Shown here in pieces: positions 1-12,000 of a stretch of DNA of 64,000 nt. The notes under the pieces were generated by a model. It worked only from the letters and a program-made list of their open reading frames with translations. It was not told where the DNA came from and ran no database searches. The translations under genes and the position numbers were made by a program. Each line of letters opens with the position of its first letter. Positions within the stretch are counted from its first letter, which is position 1. The stretch lies in the NCBI GenBank assembly GCA_035495615.1, contig DATJFP010000021.1, forward strand, positions 9,024 through 73,023. Reading direction: 5' to 3'. Source of the DNA: Verrucomicrobiia bacterium (GTDB taxonomy: Bacteria > Omnitrophota > Omnitrophia > Omnitrophales > Aquincolibacteriaceae).

Positions 1-3000
1 CATCCGCAGCATGGCGGTCGTCATGGCCGAGGCCGAGCGCCTGGGCATTCCCAAGGACCAGTTCGAGTTCCAGGCGCTTTACGGCATGATTCCCGACGAA
101 GTCGTGGCCACGCTGCTCGAGATGGGCTACCGCGTGCGCATCTACACGCCGTACGGCGAGCTGCTTCCGGGCCTGGGCTATCTCGTGCGCCGCATCCTGG
201 AAAACTCCGCGAACGCGTCGTTTTTGAAAAATCTTTCCTTCAAAAAGAAAGACATCGAGGCCCAGCTCCGCGACCCGCGCGCGCTCGTGGCCGTGCCTCC
301 CGCCCCGAAACCCGAGGAACCCGTTGTTATTCCGGCCGCGCTTGAAAAGCGCCTGGCGGCTCTGGAGCGTCTCGCAAATCTCTGGGAAGGCGAGCCCGAA
401 GCCGCGCGCAGGATCCACGCGCTTGTCCGCGAGCGCCGCGCGCTCGAGCAGAAAGCCGCGGCCAGCGTGCTGACCGTTCCCGGCGAAGCCAACCGTTACC
501 GTTACATTCCCCGAGGCCCCGGCGCCGTCATCATCGAAGACGCGCTGAATATCCCGGACCTCGTGGAGATGCTGGCCGCGCCTCTGGCGGGCGGCAATCA
601 GGTCAAGGTCTCGCTGCCCACCGGCGTCTCGCCGTCCACGCGGCAGCTTATCGCGAACGTTTTTGATTCCGCGGGCTTCACGCGCGGCGAAATCGAAATC
701 CTGGACGGCGTGCCCGGCAGGGCGGAACAGCTTGCCGCGCAGCCGGAGCTGACGTGGATTTCGTACCGCGGCCCTCCGGAAAGGGAAAACCAGTTCCGCC
801 GCATCGTCTATTCCCATCTCCTCGATCAGAACACGCCCAAGCGTTTTGTCACGCAGGTGACGCCCGATTACGCCGCGGAATTCGTCATGGGCAAATCCGA
901 ATCGCAGAACACCATGGCCATGGGCTTTGCCACGACGCTGCAGAAAACCGGCGGCGAGCCCGGGTTCACCAACGAATCGCCCGTCCCGCTTTTCCGGCCG
1001 GAAAACCAGCGGCTCATGGAAGAAGCGCTGGCGCGCGCCCGCGCCGCGTTCGGCAAAGAATATCCGCTCTTCATCGGCGGCGAAGAAGTCATACTGACCG
1101 AGTTCATGAATTCCACCAATCCCGCGCATCCCGATCAGGTGATCGGCCGCGTTTCCAAAGGCACGGCCGCGCACGCGGCCGCCGCGGTGAAAGCCGCGAA
1201 GGCCGCTTTCGAAGGAACCGAAGGCGTCCAGGGCTGGGGCAAGAAAAGCGCCGAGGAACGCGCCGCGTACCTGCGCAAGGCCGCGCACATCATGGCCGAA
1301 CGGAAATTCGATCTTGCCGCCGTCATCGTCCTGGAAGTCGGCAAGACCTGGCGGGAATCGCTCGCGGACGTGGACGAGGCCATCGACTTCCTTAATTATT
1401 ATGCCGCGAACATCCTGACCCTCGAGCAGGAAGATCAGGCGCTCGCCGCAAGCGACCCGCGCTGGGCGAATTTCAAGCGCGCGCCGAACGGTGTGACCGC
1501 GGTCGTGGCGCCGTGGAATTTTCCGCTCGCGATTTTGACGGGTATGGCTTCCGGCGCTCTCGCGGCCGGCAACACCGTGATCCTGAAGCCGGCCGGACAG
1601 TCCATGGTCATCGCGGCGAAACTCATGGAAATTTACCGCGACGCGGGTTTTCCCGCGGGCGTCGTCAATTTTGTTCCCGGACCGGGCCGCGAAGTGGGCG
1701 GAAGGCTTGTCGGGCACGAAGACGTGGACACGGTGGTGTTCACGGGTTCCCGCGAAGTCGGGCTCGGCATGGTCGAACAGGCCGCGGCCTCGGACCGCGC
1801 GGGCAAGCGCCCGAAAAACGTGATCGCGGAAATGGGCGGCAAGAACGCCGTCATCGTGGACGAGAGCGCGGACCTGGACCAGGCCGTCGACGGCGTGATC
1901 AACAGCGCCTTTTCCTACTGCGGCCAGAAATGCTCCGCGGGCTCGCGCGTCATCGTGATGCGTGAAGTCTACGACAAGTTCACGGCAAAGCTGCGCGCCA
2001 AATTCGAAGCCCTCAACATCGGGTCCCCGGAAGAGCCGGACACGCTGTTCGGCCCGGTCATCGATCCCGCGGCCCGGCAGACGATCGAGCGGCAGTTCAA
2101 GGAGCATGCGCGCGACACCGAGCACCTGGCCGTCCTCGCGGAAAGAAAGCTCGTGCCCGAAGGCCGCATTGATCCGGCCGGTTCCTACGTTGATCCCATC
2201 ATCTACCTGGACGTGAAGCGCGATTCCAAGCTCGCTCGTGAAGAAATTTTCGGGCCTGTGCTCGTCGTGATGCCCGCCGAGACTTTTGACGAGGCCCTCA
2301 GCATTGCCAACGATACGGCGTTCGGCCTCACCGGCAGCCTTTATTCGCGCATCCCCAGCCACATCGAACGTTACCGCGACGAAGTGCTCGTCGGCAATGC
2401 CTACATCGAGCGCGGTTCCACCGGCGCCCTCGTGGGCTGGCACCCCTTCGGCGGCTACAAGCAATCCGGCATCGGCTCCAAAGCCGGCGGCCGCGATTAC
2501 CTGATGCAGTTCATGCACTGGGAAGATACCGGCGCGTCCCGTCCGGAGATGAGGTCCGGCATCGACATGACCGCGCTTCCCGGAAAACTGAAGGCCCTGC
2601 ACGCGGAAGCCAAGCGCAAGCTCGCGGATGCTCACGAATATCATGAAAAACTGAACGTGATGAAGCAATACCAGATCGATCTGGAAAAATTGATGGGCGA
2701 GCTTTACCGGTCGGGCCGGAACTGGAAAGAAACGGTCGCGGCCATGAATCTCGCGGAGCAGCTCTGGAAACAAGAAGGCTGGGAGCCGCAGTTCGGCCGC
2801 TTCCTCCAGCATTTCATCCTGTCCCAGAAAATGTTCATGGAAGTCGGGCAATACCAGGACCTGCAGGAAGACGTTTTCCGCCTGGTCAGCCAGGCCGGCG
2901 AACCCGAAGACCGGCTCTGGGCCTGGTGGGTTTATCTCGCGGCGAGTACGTACCATCTCCGCTATTTCGGGCTGCACGTGGAAGCGCGCCAGGATAACAA

Positions 3001-6000
3001 CAAGCTCGTCGTCGTGGACCAGCAGCTCATCCAGAAGATCATGGTCGAATATTTCATGCCGGAATTCTTGAAATGGCGGAAAGAGAAAGCGGCCGAAATC
3101 GCCCGTGAAGGAACGGCGGAGCACAGGACTTACCGCGCCATGCTGTGGATGCTCGGCTCGGTTTTCGATTACCGCATCTACGATTCGGAAAGCCTCGCCT
3201 TTTCCTACGCGAGCAGCAACGACCGCGAACGGCGCAACAAGCGCTTCGAGTACCTGCGGGACCCGAAAGAATTTTTCCCCGGAGGCCCGGCCGAATCGAT
3301 TCCATATTTCTTGAAGCCGATGCTGGCCGCTGCTCCGGAAGCGGAGATGAAGGCGCTTTTGCAGGAAATCCTCGAGATGCGCGGCCGGGACGTGTCCGCG
3401 GGACGGCCCGAATATATTTGGGACGGGGCCAATCCGCGGATGCGGCTCATCGCGGCCGGAATTCTCGCGCTGGGCAGCGGCATGGAACAGCTCATGCACA
3501 TGCCCCAGGAATCTCTCGATGCGCTGGCCAAGGAATCTGAATCCAACCTGCTCATGCTCAATGCCACCAGTCAGTTCAGGGTCGGCCCCTATCAGGCGCT
3601 CGAGGAAGCGCTTCATACGGCGCCGTCCCTTGCCGACGTTCCCGCGCGGCTCGCGGAAAAAACAAAACCGGAATTTTTGATCTCGTGGCCTGATTTCGAG
3701 GCCCGGCTGCAGCGCCAGGTGCAGATTTTGAAGGGGGGGAATCTCGGCATCCGGAACGTGGACGTCGCGAACGATTACGTGGAAGTGGTTTTCGGAGAAA
3801 CAGGCAGACGCGCCCTGGAGGCCATGAGGCGCATGCTGGGGATCCTGCACGGGGACTTCCACCGCAATCCGCTCGGCCTGCGGGAGCGCCCGCTGGAATC
3901 CTGGGGCCAGATCCGGCCCGGCACGATCCTGAAACACTACAAGCGCGTCCAAAAAGACGAGCCCGCCTCATGGAAAACTTTTTATGTCATGGATGTGCTC
4001 CCCGGTGAGAACCAGGACCTGGACTCCGCCTTTGTCGTCTCCGACGACGGAAAACCGCGCCTGCTTTCGCGGCGGGGCATGGAACGTCGCCTGCCGGAAT
4101 TTCAGCTCGTCATTCCCGGCGTCCAGCCCGGCGTTTTGCAGAACCCGCTTGTCCTGCTCGCGCCGGATGCGGATGCCGAAGCCGTGATCCGCGGAATCTT
4201 GGAAAAATGGGTGGGCGGTCCTGAAGTCATCGTCCCCGCGCAATTCAAGAGAGGCAAAGAGCTCTCGGGCATCGCAAAAAAACTCGCGGCGGTCAGCGGT
4301 CCGATCCAGCCTTCGGATGTGAACAATGCCTTCCGAGAGGCGCGCCTGAATTTCAAAACCAAGGGCAAGGGCGCGGACATTGCCGCCGAAATCAACGCGG
4401 CGCTGGGGCGGAACGAGACCAAGACGGAATTAAGAAGCGCGAATCCGCGGCTTCTTCGCATCCTGGATTATCTCGCCGCAAACCCGGAACTCCAGGTCCG
4501 GCTCCAGTACCCGAACGATTGGCCGGATTCTTCCCGCGTCGAAATCACCGGGCCCTTGGATTATTTCGGCATTAAGGCCGCGTTCGGCAGCGTGACGGAA
4601 AATTACGAAGTCAAAGAAGACGAGCGCTTTGTTTTCTGGGACGCGGAATTTGCGGCCTATCTCGCCGGCCAAAACCGTTTGTATGCGAGTCCTGAATTGC
4701 CCAAAAGCGAACTTCGGTCCGATGAGCAGTGGCCTGAACTGGAATATGTTCAGTCGCGGATCGACCTCCTGAACAGCGCGGCGCAGGGATGGCCGAACGC
4801 GTCTCCGGAAAGCCTCCGCTCTTTAGTGAAAGGCATCCGGACGCTCCAGGCGGTCCTGAGAGCCATGGAATTCAAAACCCCGGCCGTGGATTGGGCCGGC
4901 TACGAGCAAAGCCGCAAGGCGAAATTGGCGCGGCTCCAGGCTCTGGAAAAGTCGCTCAGGAATGTGCTGCTCAACCGTTACGTGCCGTGGAATCTCTTCG
5001 GCGGCCTCGTTCTGGGCATCGCCGCCGTCGCCGTCATGGCCGTTCTGAAAGTTCCCGTCATGGGTATCGCGGTGGCCGTGGTCTTCGGCGGTTCTTTCCT
5101 CCTTGGAACGGTCTTTCATATCGAGACCTTGCTGGTGGAGGGCGCCATCCAGCAAAGCGCAGTGCCGGAATTCCTGCACGCGGAAGAACGCGCGGAGTTG
5201 AGGATAGGGGAGAGCGCGCAATTTCCGGACGAAACGGACCTGAAGAGAAGGATCCACGCGTTCTGGGAAGACTACATTTTGAACGGCGTCGTTTATACCG
5301 GCACCGACGAGCGCTACCTGCCGTCCATCCGCGAGCACGGGCTCACCTCCGACGAAAAGTCCAAACCGTACGACGAAGAAGATTACCGGTTCCTGAGGGA
5401 GCTCGCGGCGCGCGCCAGCCGTCCGGACGCGCAGGGGGATTACCGGCAGCACGCCATCGTGGATTTTCCGAGCTGGAGCGGTTTTTATATCACCGACGAT
5501 TTCCGGACGGCCTTCTCCTATGCCCAGCGCGGCCCGGAACGGGTCATGCTGCTCGAGAGATTCCTGTCGACCCTGATCGACTATTACGACCGCGGCCAGG
5601 TGGACCCTTCCGTGACGCGCGGCGACATGGAAAGAATCCGTGGCCTTCATGAAAAATACAAGACCCAGCGCACGGGAGGGGTGCCTGTTGTGATCCAGAT
5701 CCCCATGCAGCGCATCCTGCCGCTGCTTCCCGAACCCATGCGCGGCGAATTGCAGCGCTACGAAGCCTTCGAAGCCCAGATCCTCGCGCGGGTGCGCCAA
5801 TTCCCGATGGTCGACATCGGTTTCATCATGAAAGACATTTATCTGGCCGGCCTGCTCCGCAACAAAGGCATCGAAGGCACGCTGCCTTTCACCGAAGACA
5901 TGCGCGTCATCCCGTATCCTCCGACTTTCGGAGAATACCACGGCGAACTTCGCGCGGCGCCGCGGCCGGAAATGCGCGCCACGGCCGCTCCGAAGCCGGC

Positions 6001-9000
6001 ATCGCCCCAATTCTTCCTCGAAACCGGCTTTGGGCCGCATGGGAGCGTGCACTCGGTTTATCTTCTGGATCCCCGGATCAATCCGGCCCGCGACAAATTT
6101 ACACATCATGCCATCACGCTCCGGCTCGGGCCCGGCCATTACTCCGAAGACTACCGCGATCAGACCATCGTGTACGATTTCTTCGTCACGGACAAACCTT
6201 ATCCCGCGGACCGCGACCGGCTTATCGACCAGTCCGGCTACAAGGGGCATGCGGCGCTGCAGTTCGACGGCGAAGGGCGCCTCGAAAGCTGGCGGATCGA
6301 CATCAGCGGGCGCCGCCGCGCGGCCTTCCCGTGGCTCGAAGCCTCACTGGTCCGTTGGCTCAAGTCTCAGAAGGGAAAGAAATTCGACCGGTCCAATACT
6401 GATTTTCCCGCGCTTTCGAGCCTTCACCCGCTTTATGAAAAAGCCGACCGGCTGCTCGACCGGTTCAAAGCGAACGGCGTGCTGCCCGCGGATGAAGAAC
6501 GGCTTGCCGGGGAATTCGCGGCGCTCGGCCTGAATGCCGCGCCCGCGCTCGTGGATCTCGTGGAATTCGCGCATGAAGCGCAGGATAGAAACGCGGCCCT
6601 TCGCGTCGCCGTGCGCGCGCTGAGGATGATCGGAGCTCCGGCCGCGCCGCAGCTGATCGACGCGTTGAAGCGCGCGCGCGATGAAGAAACCCGCGCGGAC
6701 CTTCTTAAGGCATTGTCCGGCATGAAGCGCGCCGCCGTGCCGGCGCTCATGGCCGCGCTTCGCGATCCGGCCCTGCGCCCTTATGCCGCGTCGATCCTGC
6801 AGAAAACCGATCCCCGCCGTCCCACGGCCATCACCGTGTCGCCGATCGCGGATTTCGCGCAGTTCAAGATTCCCGACGAAGGCACGCTTCCGAAGAAAAA
6901 CATCCTGGTCTACGGCGGCCTGGGCGCGGTGATTCCGCGTTTTTATAAAGAACACATCGAGAAACTGGCCAGGCGCTACAACGTCGAGCTCGTGGCGCTG
7001 GACCTCATGCCCGATGATCTCGCGCGGCAGAGGATCGAATCTCAGGGGCTTCCTTATTCCACGTACTTCCAGGTGCCGCAGGGCAGCCCGCTCTTCGGGC
7101 AGCTCGGCGAATTCTTGAAAGCGCTGCTGGCCGAAGATCCCACGGGCGTGCTGCTGGTCACGCGCCCGAATTCGCACCTGGATTTCGTGCGCTGGGCCAC
7201 GGAAAACGACATGAACGTGTTCGTGGAAAAGCCCGTCGTGCTTCCGGGACACGTCCCGGCGCTGCGGGAAGTCTACCGCCAGCATCCGGACAAGGTTTTC
7301 GCCATCGACTTTTTCTTCGACAACAAATCCGCGCTCGACGGCTTCGAACTCTTGAAGGCCAAGAATTTCGGCGCGCTCAAGTCTGTGAACGGCCGCATGA
7401 TCGAATCCAACGGAATCGAAAAAGGCCGCGAGTGGCTGGTCAACCCGCGTGTAAGCGGCGGCGGCCTGGGCATGGACATGCTCGTGCATTTGTCCGCGCT
7501 CGGCGATCTGCTCCTCAGCAAATTCGGGCTCAGCTTGAAAGACCTGGAGCTGCATCCGGACGAAAGCTTTTTGTCGCGCTACGAAGGCGCGCCGGAAGAA
7601 ACCGAAACTTACGCGCGCGTGGCCGGTCACGTCAAAGGCGTTCTGGTCGATCTCGGCGCGGGCAAGGGAGCTCACACGTCCGCGTACTACATGATCCTGG
7701 AAGGCACGAAGGGCACTTTGGAAATCAATCTCGGCACGGAAAAAACGCCGCCTTTCCTCGAGCTGCGCGATTTGCGCGGCCGCGTGGTCTACCATCAGGA
7801 TTACGGCCCGGACATCGGTTATTATGGAACGGTCGGAAAAATTTTCGACGAGGCGCAGGGGCTGGGGCAGGTGAAGCAGTCCGAACGCGATTTCCGCATG
7901 CAGGCCACGACGCGCGCCGTGGAAGTGCTGGAAGAGGCGCAGCAAATCGTCGGCGAGCAGTACCAGAGCCACAAGCTCGGCGAGGATCCGGATGCGGCGC
8001 CTCGGAAAGCCGCACCCGCGGTGCCGAAAGTGGATTATCCCTATCGCGTGGTGCTGCCGAACGCCAAACACCCGGGCGAAGAGGTGCAGCTCGTGCAGGT
8101 CAGCACCCATGAGCCGGGCCGTTTTTACTGGGGCATTGTCGGACCGCATGTCGAATACGAAGGCGTGACCGTGCAGTTCACCAAGAAGCGCCTGGTCGTC
8201 TCGAATCTCAAGTTCCCGGAAAATGATCTGGAAGACGGCAATGCGGTGGCGGTCAGCATCCTGAGATGGCTTCTGCGGGAAGCGCGGAAATATTATCCGG
8301 ACGCGGAACATCCGCTCGAGATCACGGGCGTTCAGACGACGGAAATGATGCGCATCGCCGAAGAAGTTTTCGAGCCGGAAAGCGTGGAAGTCTACCACGC
8401 GATCGAAGAGAAATGGCGCAAGCCGTCGGAGCCCGGATTCGACCTCTACCGCGCTTACGGTCCGGTCAGCCTCGATTTCCACGACGGCTCCATCAAGGCC
8501 TCGAGAAACGGCACGGGATACAAAGTCGACAGCAATGTCTCGGACGCGGAAGTCGTCCTCGACGGCCACAAGATGACCGTGCGCCGTGACGGCCGCCGCG
8601 TGAACACGTCGTTCCTGGTTTCCTTTGAAATGCGCGGCAGGCCTTTGGCGGCGGCGCTGGCGGAACCCATGCACGCGGAACTGCGGGCCGTGCCTCTGCC
8701 GCAGCTGGCGGAAGCGGCGAACGAATATCTGGACGGCGGCAGGCCGGATGAAGCCGAGACTCTCTTGACCCAGCAGATTGCGCCTCTCTTGCGGCGCTCT
8801 CTAGGCGATTCGGCCACGGCTCCCGAGAATATCGCGGCCGGGCGCGAGGTTCTCTACGCCTATTCGAAACTGATCGGCGCGCGCGCGGGCGAAATCCAGG
8901 CGGTCACGGCTCTGGAAGGAACCGAAGGACGCGAACGGGGCGCGAAGATGCTCGCCGCTCTGGAAGAGCGCGTGAAAGAATCCGTGGAATTTCTTCGCCA

Positions 9001-12000
9001 TGAAAAGCTGCGCCGCGAACGCTGGAGCGCGGCCGTCCAAGCCGAGTTTGAATACCTTTCCGCCGGCCTCGCGGGCGCCTACATTGCGGCGGCCGAAAAA
9101 CTCCTTGCCGCCCCCGAAGGCGATGAGGCTGCGTCCCGGCAGGCCGCCGCGCGGGCCTGGCTGGATCATGCCGAGGGCGATCTGCAGGCTTACGAAAAGT
9201 ATGTGCGCGCCAACAGCCTGTACGGAGAACCTTTCCGGATGCTGACGGAGTGGCAGGCCCGGCTGGCGGCCGCGCGCCGGCTGCTTCCCGCGGCTCCCGC
9301 CGGAGAACCTGAAACGGCTGCCGCGGCAAAGCCCGCGGTCTTGCCCGCTGCGGGACCGCTTCTGACCGATCTCACGCGGCAGGTGCATGACCTTTTGAAT
9401 CAGCAAAAACGGGAAGAGGCGGAGCGCGTTCTTACCACCGAAGCGGCTCCGCTGATGAGGCGCTATCTCGAGGATTCCACGGGATTGCCGGAGCTTCCCA
9501 TCAAGGCCGGGAGCTATGTGGTCGCGGGTTACAACCGTCTGGTGCGCGGCACGGCTCTTTTCATCACCGCCGAACCGGACCTGAACGGAACCCAGGGCCG
9601 GGAATGGGCCGCGGAATGGCTTCAGCATCTCGATGCTTTAATTGCCGAAACCGGTTTCTTCTTGAATCATCCCAAACATCGGACGGCGCCCTGGTTTGAT
9701 GAGGCGACCTTCAATTTCCACCGCAATTCCCTGGGCGTTGCTCAGGCTTATCTCTCGGCTGCGGAAAAACTGATGAAGAGCCTGGACAATGACGACGCGT
9801 CCGCGCGAAAGGCCGCGGCTGAAACCTGGCTCACGCGGGCGGACAAAGATCTCGGTTTTTATGAAGTCTTTTTGCGGCGATATCGCATGGCCCCTTCCTT
9901 TTTTGATGAATTCAGGACGGTTCAGAGCCGGGCCCGCGCCTTGAGGGAAACAGCCTTCACCGAAAAGCCCCCCGCGCCCGCGGCGAAATCCGTTATCGCG
10001 GCCGAGCCTAACTTGCCGGCCATGGTCAAAATCATGCACCAACAACTGAGCGGCGGAATGCCCGATGAAGCCGAAGCACTGCTCCTGGACAAGATCGGCC
10101 CGCTCATGCGGCAATATTTGACCGATTCCCACGACCTGCCGGTCATTCAGATCTCGACGGGGAGTTACGTGACTTCGGGGTATTCCAAACTGGTCGGCAT
10201 CCGCGGTGAACAGCTTCGGACCAGCACCGATGAATTTGAGGGACGGGAAGGCCGGGAACGCGCGGCGCGCCTGGTCGAGCGCCTGGAACGCCTCAACCAG
10301 GAAGGGCGCGACATCCTGAAGCATCCCAAACACCGCGAGACCGAATGGCATTCGCGGGCCCAGTTTTATTTTAATCTCGTGAGCGCCGACTTTGCCGCCG
10401 CCCATGTCGCGGCCGCGGAAAAACTCATGAAGAATCTCGAAGGCGACGATGCCGAGGCGAGAAAAGCGCAGGCAAAGGCCTGGCTCGAACTGGCGGAAGG
10501 GGAGCTTCGCGTCCACGATCTTTTCCTGCAGCGTCAGAAGCTCCAGCCCAAATACCATGATTTTCTTGCGCTCTGGCAGGAAAGGGCGCGCCAATTAAGG
10601 CAGCGCTTTTTCACCGAAGTTCAGGCGGTACGCGAAACCGTCCCGGCTCCCGCTGACGGCAAATCCATGGCGGCCGTGACAACCCTCGCGAAACCGGCGG
10701 GCGCGGCTCCGGCCGCGGTTCCTCCCGCGGTCAGGCAAGCGCCGCCCGCGGCGAAGAAACCGGCTGAAGAGGTCCGGAGCGAACCGGTGCGTTCCCGCGA
10801 GCCCCAGAAAAAGGAACTCACGCGCGAAATCGCGGGCACGATCGCGGCGAAAGTTCTGCATGATCTGAATCAGGCCAAAGGCGATTTCGCGGAGCTCGCG
10901 GACCTGGAAGCCTTTCTTGTCCGCCAGGAAGGCCGGGCGCAGAAACGGCACGGCATTGTTTCGGCGGGACTCACGGATCCGGAATTGAAACTCCTGAAAA
11001 GCCCGGAGATCACGGCCAAGGCCGTGGCGCAGCTTGTGACCGCGATTGAAGAGGTCCGGAAAAAGCTGGCCGGCGGAGAAAACGCGGAAGAAGCAGCGGA
11101 GCCCGTGAAAAAAGGCGGCAGGGCAAGACGCGGCGAAGCACCCGAAGAGATCACGGCCCCGCAGCCCTCGCCCGGTGAAGAGGCTCCGAAGAAACGCGAC
11201 CGTGCCGAAAAAGCCGCGAAAAAACTGGACGGCAAAAAAGACCCGCGCGGCCACATGAGGGACCTGCGCGACGCCGTGCGTTCCGTGCGCGACGGCGACA
11301 CAAGCGAAGTGCGGAAGCTTTTCCCGCGCGCCAAGCAGATCATGCTGCGCTGGGACGCGCACGGCAATAAAACCGACGTGAAGGAACATCTGCGCGCCTT
11401 CCGTGCGGCGGAAGCGCTCCTGCATGAAGAGCCGGCCGCTTTGAAATCCGAATTGCGCATGGCCGAACCCCGCAAAATCGACAGGGCCGGCGGGCTTGGG
11501 AATTACGTGAAGGAAGCCGTGCGCCGCGCGCCGCGGTACCAGGTCTGGGGGAAACAGTTCTTCCTGTCGCCGGACCTTCCTTACGACTTGCCGCCGGAAA
11601 GCCTGGCGCAGGCGCCGGCCTTCGTGAGGCAGGCGATCGACCATCTTCGCACCCGGCTCATCGACCAGAAGGGAAGCCATCCCATGGCGCTGGCCCAGGC
11701 GATCAGCCTGGTCGAAATCGAGCATTGGAGGCGGGAAGACGAACAATTCGATGCAAAGCGGTATCAGAAGCTTTTCCAACAGCTGTTCGAGTCGCCGCTG
11801 TGGCTTGACGAGATCGCGAATCCGGAAGGGAAGATCTCGATCGTGCTGCTGGGCAACACGCCGGACGCTTCGCATTACATCGTCTGGCGCGGCAAGGACA
11901 GGAACTTTGCGATTTCCAATGTGAGCTCCATGGGCCGCTACGCCATCCGTATCCGCGAAGGGACGTTCAAAGCCATGATGGACAATCATGATCCCGCGGC

